DNA of 37,919 nucleotides. Origin: a virus (Duplodnaviria; Caudoviricetes). Every line of letters begins with the position of its first letter. Position 1 is the first letter of the stretch. Both the position numbers and the translations under genes were made by a program. The stretch spans positions 1-37,919 of the IMG/VR virus record IMGVR_UViG_3300037043_000294; one strand, written 5' to 3'. The notes under the pieces are model-generated. The model had not been told where the DNA came from, did no database searches, and saw nothing but the letters and a program-made list of their open reading frames with translations. Below, piece after piece: positions 17,016 to 25,590 of the stretch.

Positions 17016-17565
17016 AGAAGTCGTCGAAGCGCTCATAAGAAAGCTTCAGGCCGATGTCACGCCGAATACGGTTCTTGTGCCGATCAACGATTACTACGAG
17101 ATCAAGCACACGCCGTCGCTTCTCGTGATCGGGCCGAAGCTGGAAGAGAACCGCTCGAAGCGGAACTCGGAAAAGCGCGTCGAGGTGGACCGGGACAATC
17201 TCTCCTACACCGAGCGGAACTGGCCCCGGTACTACCAACTGGATTTCGACTTCGTTCTCACGGCGGCGAACGGGATGGAACTTCTCGAACTCCAAGAGAA
17301 AGTCATCGCGTTTTTTCTGGACAACCGGGAAGTCGCCACCGCCGAATGCGTTTTCAAACTCCAGGAGATGGTTCCCATCGGCGGGCTTGAGCGCCCGAAC
17401 CTTTCCAATCTCCGGCAGGCGTCGGGGCGATACCGCATCGAGGATGTGGAGGTCTTCGACCACGATGTGTTCGAGGGCAAGATCGTCCTTTATAGGAATT
17501 TCCGACTGTGTGATTTTGGTTCGCGCAGATTGATCGAGACATACAAGCCAGACGAAACGAGGTGA
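16999..17565 (+). CDS. Putative tail terminator/completion protein
   Basis: TTG start after GGAGG, 188 aa, upstream of the sheath gene. Assigned mainly by synteny. Confidence 0.5.
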   Translation: MASCIREVVEALIRKLQADVTPNTVLVPINDYYEIKHTPSLLVIGPKLEENRSKRNSEKRVEVDRDNLSYTERNWPRYYQLDFDFVLTAANGMELLELQEKVIAFFLDNREVATAECVFKLQEMVPIGGLERPNLSNLRQASGRYRIEDVEVFDHDVFEGKIVLYRNFRLCDFGSRRLIETYKPDETR

Positions 17566-17569
17566 ACCA

Positions 17570-17785
17570 TTGAAAAATGTAATTTTGAAAAACAACTCCG
17601 GCGCGCTGCTTACGGTGAACATCGGCCAGGGTCGCGGGCTGCACATCCTCGCCGGTGAATCGAAGTCCGTCCCGGCATCCGCGCTCGAAGCCCCGGATGT
17701 TTCCCGGCTGGTGAAGCGCGGCTACCTTGCGGTCGTCGAGGAACAGCCCCCTGCCGCGCCCGAGAAAAAGAAAGGCAAATCCTGA
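17570..17785 (+). CDS. Small hypothetical virion protein
   Basis: TTG start after GAGGTG, 71 aa. Loosely resembles the N-terminal half of 15353..15712. Confidence 0.55.
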   Translation: MKNVILKNNSGALLTVNIGQGRGLHILAGESKSVPASALEAPDVSRLVKRGYLAVVEEQPPAAPEKKKGKS

Positions 17786-17803
17786 TTCAGGAGGTGAATC
17801 TCC

Positions 17804-19354
17804 ATGCCCGAATATTTATCCCCCGATATCTTTGTCGAGGAGAGGGAAAGCAACCGGCACACCATCGAGCGCGTCAGCGCATCGGTGGCCGCGTTTTTCG
17901 GGATCGCCGAGCGCGGACCCGTGGGCGTTCCCGTCCTCATCACATCCTTCGCGCAGTTCAAGCGTGTTTTCGGCGGTTACATGCCGAACAGCTACCTCGC
18001 TTACGCGGTGGACGGGTTCTTCAAAAAGGTTAAAGGCCGTTGCTACGTGGTGCGTGTCGTGCATTACACCGATATCACGGACGCGACAACCGCGACGTGC
18101 GCAACCAGCGCGACCACGCTGAACGACCGTGCCGCGACGCCTGAGCCGACGCTCCGCGTGAAAGCGATCTCCCCCGGTAAATGGGGCGACGATGTTTCCA
18201 TCAAGATCGCGCCCGCAACATTCGATCCGGCGAACCACTTCCGGATCAAGGTCTACTTCAAAGGCGTCTTCGTGGAGTCGCACAACGACCTGTCGATGAT
18301 CCCGACATCGGAAAATTACGCCAACGGACGCGTCCACGGCAAGTCCGAGTACATCGACATCGAAAATCTGTACAGCGCATCCGCCGCTCCGGAAAACCGG
18401 CCCGCGGAAGGAACGTATCCGCTCACCGGCGGCGAGGACGGTCTCACCGATATCGGCGATGTCGATTACGCGGGAAGCCAGGCGTCGCGTACCGGCGTGT
18501 TCGGGTTCGATCCAGTGGACGAGATCAACATCCTGTCCTGCCCGGGCGTCACCACACAGACCGTCCAGAACGCGCTCTGCACTTATTCCGAAATGCGGCA
18601 GGATTTGTTTGTGATCCTCGATCCGCCGGTCGGCATGAACGTGACCGAGATCAAGGAGTACGTTCAGGACACGGCGGCATTTAACTGCAAGTACGCCGCA
18701 ACGTATTTCCCGAACATCAAAATCCTCGACCCGCTTTCCCGGAGGGAAAAGATTGTCCCGCCGTCCGGCCAACTCTCAGGCATCTACGCCAAGACGGATG
18801 TCGTGCATGGAGTGCATAAGGCTCCCGCGGGCATTGAGGACGGCGCGTTCGTGGATGTCCTCGGTCTTGAATATCCGCTCGACAAGGGACAGCGCGACAC
18901 GCTGTATCCGGCGCGCATCAATCCCATCATTAAAAAACGCGGCGTGGGTGTCGTTGCATGGGGCAACCGCACTCTGTCCGCTCTTTCCGACTGGCGCTCG
19001 ATCAACGTGCGCCGCCTGTTCCTGAATGTCGTCGAGTCCATCGCGGAGGGAACCGAGTGGGCTGTGTTCAAACCGAACAACATTGATCTGTGGCGCGACC
19101 TCAACACCACCCTCACGCTCTTTTTAAAGGAATACTGGCGCGATGGCGCGTTCTTTGACGGCGGCACGGGCAACTGGCGCGACGCCTTCTACGTGAAGTG
19201 CGACGGCGAGTTGAACACACAGGCGATCATCGACGAGTACAAGGTCGTAACCGAGATCGGCATCGCCCCGACAAAGGCCGCTGAATTCGTGATCTTCCGC
19301 ATCACGCAGTGGGACGGCGGACGCTTGCTGGAAGAGATTTCCGGCTCGGCATAA
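17804..19354 (+). CDS. Contractile tail sheath protein
   Basis: MPEYLSPDIFVEE, GIAERGP, VPPSG..GIYA.TD...GVHKAPA, WGNRTL, INVRRL, WAVF.PN, GIAP.K.AEFVIFRI. Confidence 0.95.
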   Translation: MPEYLSPDIFVEERESNRHTIERVSASVAAFFGIAERGPVGVPVLITSFAQFKRVFGGYMPNSYLAYAVDGFFKKVKGRCYVVRVVHYTDITDATTATCATSATTLNDRAATPEPTLRVKAISPGKWGDDVSIKIAPATFDPANHFRIKVYFKGVFVESHNDLSMIPTSENYANGRVHGKSEYIDIENLYSASAAPENRPAEGTYPLTGGEDGLTDIGDVDYAGSQASRTGVFGFDPVDEINILSCPGVTTQTVQNALCTYSEMRQDLFVILDPPVGMNVTEIKEYVQDTAAFNCKYAATYFPNIKILDPLSRREKIVPPSGQLSGIYAKTDVVHGVHKAPAGIEDGAFVDVLGLEYPLDKGQRDTLYPARINPIIKKRGVGVVAWGNRTLSALSDWRSINVRRLFLNVVESIAEGTEWAVFKPNNIDLWRDLNTTLTLFLKEYWRDGAFFDGGTGNWRDAFYVKCDGELNTQAIIDEYKVVTEIGIAPTKAAEFVIFRITQWDGGRLLEEISGSA

Positions 19355-19392
19355 CTGTCACAACGACATTCTGAAATACGGAGGTGAAAAAC

Positions 19393-19433
19393 ATGCCCAT
19401 ACAGGGAACCGCAATCAATTACTGGGACAAGTA
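19393..19433 (+). CDS. Tail tube protein (T4 gp19-like), exon 1
   Basis: GGAGGTG RBS, ATG 19393, MPIQGTAINYWDK plus TA, then the intron starts at GTGCG. Confidence 0.85.
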
Positions 19434-21684
19434 GTGCGCCAGGCCAAGCTGGCAATGACCCTGTCGGGTGAGAGACCCGACGCTCAACGCGCCGCAGCGC
19501 GGGGAGGAAAGCAGATTGATGAGGCGAATCGAGTGCCTTCGACAAGCCATAAATCAGCAGAATCAATCAAAGCCGGGGAGCGCGCAACTTCCGATGTGCG
19601 GACTCGCCCGGCCAGCAAGTCTGTTATGGGTAGGAATACGAACCGATGAATGAAGTCTCGTTACCAGTAACCCCGCCAATGCGGAAGTGGGCGGGAAGGC
19701 AATGTGCCTTGATGGAGTGCTTGATTCCTCTTACTTGCTGGAATCAGGGGGCTGACGGTGTGTTCGTCAGTCAGTTCGGCGGCATGGCTGTGGTTGCCGC
19801 GAATCGGAATCCATCCGGGATAGAGTCGGGCCCTAAAACAGACAAGGGGTTGTTGTCGGAACCTGGGAACCCTGCCGGTGCTTCCTTCGGGATGACCAAG
19901 GCGACTGGTGAACGCACCAGCAGGGGACGGAGTCTCCGTAGTAGTCCGAGGGCGGGAAAGCCGTCCACATGGCGAAGGGAGACAGTGAATACAGTAAGCA
20001 GGCAGGAGGGAGACATATTATGTCCATCTCGGTGAATACCGGGGGCATCCTCGACATGCAACGCAAACTGTACGTGTGGAGTCGGAATAATCCTGAGAAG
20101 GTGTTTTCCGATCTGTTCAATTTGGTATGCGACAGACGCACGCTCATGCTCGCATGGAAGCAACTCTCCAAGAATCAGGGGAGCCGCACACCGGGCGTTG
20201 ACGGGCTGACCTGCCGCAAGATCGAAGATCGACCGGGAGGAATCGCAAACTTCCTCGAAGATGTGCGCGAGGAGTTGCGGAAAGGAACTTACCAGCCACA
20301 ACCGGTGCGGGAACGTTTGATCCCCAAGCCGGGCAAGCCGGGGAAGTTCCGGCCTCTTGGAATCCCAACGATCAAAGATCGCCTCGTGCAAATGGCACTG
20401 AAGATTATCCTTGAACCCATTTTCGAAGCGGATTTTTATCCGACATCGTATGGGTTCCGCCGTGGGAGAAGCACCCTCGACGCGCTCGCGATGATTCAGC
20501 GGCACCTAATGCCGACAAGAGTCGGGGACTCGCCGATTGAATATGTCATCGAAGGCGACATAAAGGGATGCTTCGATTCCATAGACCATCACAAGTTGAT
20601 GCAGAGAATCGAGCGTCGTGTCCGCGACCGCAAGGTTCTGCGGCTCATTCTCTCATTTCTCAAGGCAGGGATACTCTCAGAAGGGGAAATCCGCCATCCA
20701 GTGACAGGAACACCGCAAGGTGGAGTGCTCTCGCCACTCCTCGCCAATATATTCCTCACGGCGATAGACGAGAGATACAAACGGTGGACACCGTCGCCTT
20801 ACGAAAATCCGCTGAGAGCAGCCGAAAGGCGCATCAGAAGCCGGAAAGCCGGAATCCCCTCGCTCTTCATCGTCCGATATGCGGATGATTTCGTCATCCT
20901 CGTTACCGGAACAGAGAAGGACGCCGTTTGCGAGAAAAACGCGCTCTCCGAGTTCCTTGAAGAAGAACTCGGCCTGTCGCTATCGGTGGAGAAAACTCTT
21001 GTGACAAAGGCGGAATGTGGTTTCGACTTCCTTGGTTACCACGTGATTAAGTCTCCCGCGCTGGCAACAAAGAAGCTGGTCGGCAAACTGCTTATCCCGA
21101 AAGGGAAAACGCAACTGCTGAAACACCGCATCAAAGCCATGACCGGAAGTTCCACAACCGGCATGTCGCTTGAGGAACTCCTTAAGACGCTGAATCCGCT
21201 CATCGCCGGCTGGCGGAATTATTACCGCTATGCCGTTGGAGCAAGCCGCACCTTCCATACGCTGGACGATTGGCTCTGGCATCGCATCCAGCTTTGGCTT
21301 CGCAAGAAGTACAAAAAGGCGACGTGCCACGAAATCCGGCGCAAATTCATGTGCCGCGAGAGCGCGACGCGCTGGATATGGGGAGAAGGACAAACGCAGC
21401 TTGATCGGTTTACCAAAGGCGGAACGGCGAGATACCGAAACAGAGGCTACCGAATATCGAACGGATGGAACGACGATATGGATGACGTTCACTTCTACAA
21501 TGAAGCCGCACGCAACATATCAGGATTCACCATACTCGGAGAACATCTCTGACAACACACCGGGGATATGCACTATCCCTGTTCATGGAAAGCCGGATGC
21601 TGGGAAACTGGCACGTCCGGTTTGGGGAGAGGGCCGGAAAAACCTGCTGTTGAGAAACAGCAAGGCGTTCTTGCCCTACTCTAC
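19434..21684 (+). mobile_element. Group II intron (IIB-like, 2251 nt) inserted in the tail tube gene
   Basis: 5' GTGCG. Domain V AAGCCGGATGCTGGGAAACTGGCACGTCCGGTTT (21590-21623). Domain VI ends CCTACTCTAC at 21684. Internal RT ORF. Removing the intron restores an in-frame tube gene. Confidence 0.95.
20020..21552 (+). CDS. ltrA: Group II intron reverse transcriptase/maturase, no C-terminal HNH endonuclease seen
   Basis: Likely start ATG 20020 after GGAGGG. TPGVDG, RPLGIPTIKDR, SYGFR, DIKGCFD, GTPQGGVLSPLLANI, RYADD, FDFLGY, and domain X LNPLIAGWRNYY. Confidence 0.95.
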   Translation: MSISVNTGGILDMQRKLYVWSRNNPEKVFSDLFNLVCDRRTLMLAWKQLSKNQGSRTPGVDGLTCRKIEDRPGGIANFLEDVREELRKGTYQPQPVRERLIPKPGKPGKFRPLGIPTIKDRLVQMALKIILEPIFEADFYPTSYGFRRGRSTLDALAMIQRHLMPTRVGDSPIEYVIEGDIKGCFDSIDHHKLMQRIERRVRDRKVLRLILSFLKAGILSEGEIRHPVTGTPQGGVLSPLLANIFLTAIDERYKRWTPSPYENPLRAAERRIRSRKAGIPSLFIVRYADDFVILVTGTEKDAVCEKNALSEFLEEELGLSLSVEKTLVTKAECGFDFLGYHVIKSPALATKKLVGKLLIPKGKTQLLKHRIKAMTGSSTTGMSLEELLKTLNPLIAGWRNYYRYAVGASRTFHTLDDWLWHRIQLWLRKKYKKATCHEIRRKFMCRESATRWIWGEGQTQLDRFTKGGTARYRNRGYRISNGWNDDMDDVHFYNEAARNISGFTILGEHL

Positions 21685-22105
21685 CGCTTTCATCGTGAAG
21701 ATCGACGGCGTGGTCCGCGCGGCGTTCAACAAGTGTTCGGGGCTGAAGGCCGAGGCCGAGGTCATCGAATATTCCGAGGGCGGCGCGCTCACGCCGCACA
21801 AGCAGCCGGGCACGATCAAGTTCGACGACATCGAACTCGAGCGCGGCATGACGGACGACGACGATCTCTACAACTGGTGGACCGAGATTTACAACCACTC
21901 GTCCGGCACCGGCTCCGCCGATGAACGGAAGTACAAGCGCAAGGTGACGATCATCCAGAAAGACCGCTCCGGCGCGGAACTGACCCGCTGGGTCATCCCG
22001 AAAGCATTCCCCGCCGCGTTTGAAACCGACGACTGGGACAACGAGTCTTCCGAGCACCAGATCACAAAGCTGACGCTGGCGCACGAGGGATTCGAGAAAG
22101 AATGA
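21685..22105 (+). CDS. Tail tube protein (T4 gp19-like), exon 2
   Basis: The spliced junction TA|C gives Tyr, then AFIVKIDG...FNKCSGL...IEYSEGG...KQPG...IELERGM...WW...LTLAHEG. Full protein is 153 aa. Confidence 0.9.
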
Positions 22106-22116
22106 AGAGGTGACGC

Positions 22117-22407
22117 ATGGAACTTTACACGGAAAAAGCAACACTCCCGTCCGGGCTTGAATGCACCATTCGGGAAATGACCGCCACCGAGGAAGGATTT
22201 CTCGCAAGCCCGAAGATGCTGAAGTCCGGCGAGGCGTTCGAGAAGATTCTGCGCAACTGCGTGGTCGAGAAAGACGTCGATCTCGACAACCTGCTCGTCG
22301 GCGACCGCTACTATCTGATGCTCGCAATCCGCAGACTCACGTTCGGCGACCCGCTCGAATTGCCGGTCGGAAAACAGATATGGATACCGCCGCTGCCGCA
22401 GGAGTGA
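22117..22407 (+). pseudogene. Probable chimeric/truncated gene: T4 gp26-like tail/baseplate assembly protein N-terminus fused to a LysM/gpX-like C-terminus
   Basis: LPSG..IREMT..EE...LLVGDRYYLMLAIRRLTFGD switches abruptly at about 22350 to PLELPVGKQIWIPP and stops. Confidence 0.6.
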
Positions 22408-22411
22408 AGAA

Positions 22412-23245
22412 ATGCCAGTCGTAAACGTCACCGGCGCGTCGTTCGCGTCGCCATACTTCGAGATCACGTTCGGCTCACACAAGTTGAGTCCGGAGGAGAC
22501 GTCGCTCGTGACCGATGTCGAAATCAAGGACGAGGCCGAGGAAAAGGACACGGCGACCATTACGGTGAACGACCCGTTCTTTCAGTTTCAGAAGCTGGCG
22601 TCGAAAGGAATGTCCGTCCGCATCGTCGCTGGTTACTACATGGGACAGACAAAAGAATTCATCGGCGAAATATCCGGCCTCACGCCGCAGTTCCCGGAAT
22701 CGGGACTTCCGTCACTCTCGATAGAATGCTCATCCAAAGCGAAAAAGGGTCACGAGGGACAGGCGAACAAGGCGTGGAAAAAGATGAAGCGATCCGAGAT
22801 CGCAAAAAAGATCGCGGGAAAGAACGGCTGGACTCCGGACGTTGACGAGACGAAGGAAACCGTCGCGCAGGAATCACAGGCCGGGGAATCGGATGTGGAT
22901 TTCCTCAGAAAACTGGCGCGGAAGGAGAACTTCATTTTCCGGGTCAAAGGAAACACCATGCAGTTCAAGAAAGCGCCGAACCTCGATGATCAGTCGTCCG
23001 TCGCCGTGTTCGATTACAGGATCGGCAACCATACGGCGAAAAGCTTCTCGCCCCGGTACGCGAGCGACGAGACGGGCAAGGACGTCGAGGCGTCGACGGT
23101 CAATAATAAAACGAAAAAGACGGTCAAAACGAAAGCGGCATCGAGTGTCGCCAAGCCGCAGGGAATCAAGGACAGCGGCACGGTGAACCGGGGCACCGCC
23201 GAAACGCTCTATCCGTCCGAGAAGGAAAGCGCGAGGAAATCCTGA
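22412..23245 (+). CDS. Baseplate hub / late control gpD-like protein, N-terminal part
   Basis: DTATITVND, FIGEI, SEIAKKIA, QAGESDVDFLRKLARKE motifs of the gpD/VgrG hub family. Confidence 0.8.
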   Translation: MPVVNVTGASFASPYFEITFGSHKLSPEETSLVTDVEIKDEAEEKDTATITVNDPFFQFQKLASKGMSVRIVAGYYMGQTKEFIGEISGLTPQFPESGLPSLSIECSSKAKKGHEGQANKAWKKMKRSEIAKKIAGKNGWTPDVDETKETVAQESQAGESDVDFLRKLARKENFIFRVKGNTMQFKKAPNLDDQSSVAVFDYRIGNHTAKSFSPRYASDETGKDVEASTVNNKTKKTVKTKAASSVAKPQGIKDSGTVNRGTAETLYPSEKESARKS

Positions 23246-23246
23246 A

Positions 23247-23741
23247 ATGCTGCCTGTCGAACCGCATGGTGTTTCAAACAAAGACGCGATTCCGAAAGCG
23301 CCGAAAGGCGGCGCCCTGTCCGGCGTGGGAACCGGCGGCGGCAAGAGCAAGGTCGACACCACGCATTACCTCAAGGACAACGCGCACGGCGGCGCGCTGC
23401 CGGACACGCAGGAGGGACTCGACGCCGCGGCCGGGGCGAAACATTATCAGAACGAGAAAGCGATGGAAGGATCGCTCACGCTCGTGCGGGGCTTCCCGCA
23501 GATCAACGCCGGGGACAAAATCACCATCCTCGGAGTCGGCCCGGTCTTCTCAGGAGAATGGATCGTAAAAACACACACTCTGAAGGTGTCGCAGGACGGC
23601 TGCCAGAGTTCGCTCGAACTCACCCGGAACGCGGTCGGTAAATCCGGCGGCGAGACTGAATCAAGCGGCGGCGGACTCGACACCGACAAAAAGAAAACGA
23701 ACAGCAAGCCTCTCAAAAAGAGCGGCTACGCGGGGAAATAA
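23247..23741 (+). CDS. Baseplate hub gpD-like protein, C-terminal part
   Basis: GFPQINAGDKITILGVGPVFSGEWIVKTHTLKVSQDG..SSLELTR is the usual gpD C-terminus. Confidence 0.7.
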   Translation: MLPVEPHGVSNKDAIPKAPKGGALSGVGTGGGKSKVDTTHYLKDNAHGGALPDTQEGLDAAAGAKHYQNEKAMEGSLTLVRGFPQINAGDKITILGVGPVFSGEWIVKTHTLKVSQDGCQSSLELTRNAVGKSGGETESSGGGLDTDKKKTNSKPLKKSGYAGK

Positions 23742-23743
23742 GG

Positions 23744-24676
23744 ATGCCGTCTTTCATCGGAAAATATCGCGGGATCGTTACGGACAACAAGGACCCGGAA
23801 CACCGGGGGCGCTTGAAATGCAAATGCCCGCAGGTGTTCGGAGAAGAAGTTCTGGACTGGGCGATCCCTTGTGTGCCCTACGGCGGCGATTCCGGCACCG
23901 GGTTCTTTTCCATCCCCAAGAAGGGATCGTCCGTATGGCTCGAATTCGAGCAAGGTGACGCAAACCGGCCCGTCTGGGTCGGCGTGTGGTGGGCAGCGCC
24001 GGAGGATAAGACCGAGGCGGCGGACGTGACGCACAAAAAGGAAAAGCAATCATCCGGCCCGTGGGACGAGGCCGAGACCGGCGACGCGAAACGGGATGTT
24101 CCCGACAACCACGCCTGGCAAACGAAATCCGGCCACCGTATCGAACTCGACGACACGGACGGCCAGACGAAAATCAAGATTACCGACCGCAAGGGACAGC
24201 ACATCATTATCCGGTCGGAGGATGGTAAAGAGAAAATATATATGAAGGACGCAGCGGATAACCGCTTCCTGCTCGATGCCACATCCGGCAAGCGGCGCAT
24301 CCTCATGCAGGACGGCGCGGGAAGTGTGGTTCTGCTGGATGCCGAAAAGGGAGATGTCTGCATCGCGTCCGCGAAAGACTTGTCCCTTCTCGCCGGTGAA
24401 AACCTTTATATCGGATGCAAGAGCAACCGCGAGGAAACGGTCGGCGGCAACCACAACATCTCCGTCATGGGAAGCGGCGACTGGGATGTGGCCGGCGCAT
24501 TGAAACTTGCGAAGTCTTCCGGCGACGTGAATATCGCAAGCGGAAGCAAGGCGGCGGCGCGCACGGATGATCAGCTCGCGGCCGCGACGGAAACGGCTGG
24601 CGGTTCCGCGCCGCATTCCCATGGCCTGTCTTCGGGCAAAGTCGGCCAGGGTTCATCGAAAGTGAAAATAGGGTGA
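23744..24676 (+). CDS. Baseplate spike gpV / Gp5 OB-fold protein with a PAAR-like tip
   Basis: GKYRGIVTDNKDPEHRGRLK, WA.PC.P, VWLEFEQGD..RPVW.G, TKSGHRIELDD; C-terminal AARTDD...PHSH...GSSKVKIG. Confidence 0.9.
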   Translation: MPSFIGKYRGIVTDNKDPEHRGRLKCKCPQVFGEEVLDWAIPCVPYGGDSGTGFFSIPKKGSSVWLEFEQGDANRPVWVGVWWAAPEDKTEAADVTHKKEKQSSGPWDEAETGDAKRDVPDNHAWQTKSGHRIELDDTDGQTKIKITDRKGQHIIIRSEDGKEKIYMKDAADNRFLLDATSGKRRILMQDGAGSVVLLDAEKGDVCIASAKDLSLLAGENLYIGCKSNREETVGGNHNISVMGSGDWDVAGALKLAKSSGDVNIASGSKAAARTDDQLAAATETAGGSAPHSHGLSSGKVGQGSSKVKIG

Positions 24677-24680
24677 TCGC

Positions 24681-25202
24681 ATGAGTTCATGCACTGAAAA
24701 TCTCAAGGATTTCCTTGGCGACGAGTTGAAATCAAAACTTGGCGATGTCCTCAAAGACGCGACCGACAGTTCGCCTCTTGGACTCGCGCAGAAAGCCCTC
24801 GGGCAGGCGCAGAAGCTCCAGGACACAAAATCCGTCGTGTCTCAGGGCATACAGTCTTTCAAACAACGGGTAGGATTGCCCGCGGGCCGTATGGACGGTC
24901 TCGGCGGTCTCAATCTTGGCGCAATCAAACAGAAAGCCGACGCGCTCAAAGCCAAGGCGCAGGAAGTGCAGAATAAAATCGCGGACTTTCAATCACAGTT
25001 TCCCGGATGCGCGCTCGACCCGGACATCATGCAAACGATAAACACGGTCGCATCCATCGACACGAACCTCGATCCTCTCAGCATGATCGACACGTCGAAA
25101 CTCGATGGTGAAATCGCCGATGCGCAATCGAAGATCGAGGAAGCGACGGACATGCAGGCGCAGTCGGCGCGGCTTCAGGATATGTTCGGGGTGTCGTTAT
25201 GA
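24681..25202 (+). CDS. Hypothetical helical/coiled-coil protein in the baseplate cluster
   Basis: 173-aa ORF tightly packed between the gpV and gp25 genes. Confidence 0.6.
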   Translation: MSSCTENLKDFLGDELKSKLGDVLKDATDSSPLGLAQKALGQAQKLQDTKSVVSQGIQSFKQRVGLPAGRMDGLGGLNLGAIKQKADALKAKAQEVQNKIADFQSQFPGCALDPDIMQTINTVASIDTNLDPLSMIDTSKLDGEIADAQSKIEEATDMQAQSARLQDMFGVSL

Positions 25203-25588
25203 ATCTTGGATATCGGGGCATTTCTTTTCCATTCAGATTCAACGGCCTTGGGTCGGTTGCTTCCAGCACGGTGGAGACGGGCAATCCCGCGCATATCCTT
25301 GAAAGCGTGCGGCAAATCATCGGCACGCGCCGGGGCGAGCGCGTCATGCGGCCTGAGTTCGGAGCCGACGCGGACAATCTGGTCTTTTCTCCGCAGTCCA
25401 ATTCCGGCATCCGCATTGCCGCGCACAACATCGGCCAGCAGATACTCCGGTGGGAAAAGCGCGTTGATCTCCAGCGTGTGGATGTCACGCGGTTAGAAGA
25501 TCTCGAGGCCGAGATTGACCTCGACATCCGGATAAAGGTCACCCGCCAGACAGAGGAAATAAAAATACCGATGAAGAAGGAATCGTAA
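25199..25588 (+). CDS. Baseplate wedge gp25/gpW family protein
   Basis: GISFPF, I.ESVRQIIGTRRGERVMRPEFG, WEKRV. Confidence 0.92.
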   Translation: MNLGYRGISFPFRFNGLGSVASSTVETGNPAHILESVRQIIGTRRGERVMRPEFGADADNLVFSPQSNSGIRIAAHNIGQQILRWEKRVDLQRVDVTRLEDLEAEIDLDIRIKVTRQTEEIKIPMKKES

Positions 25589-25590
25589 TC

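Noticed and set aside
19969-21552. RT as part of a diversity-generating retroelement or retron
   Set aside because: It has YADD, domain X and complete group II intron RNA ends. I saw no TR/VR repeat pair or avd-like gene.
21230-21684. N-terminal 150 aa of the track ORF 21230..22105
   Set aside because: This is chance read-through of intron sequence. The real N-terminus is exon 1 at 19393-19433.
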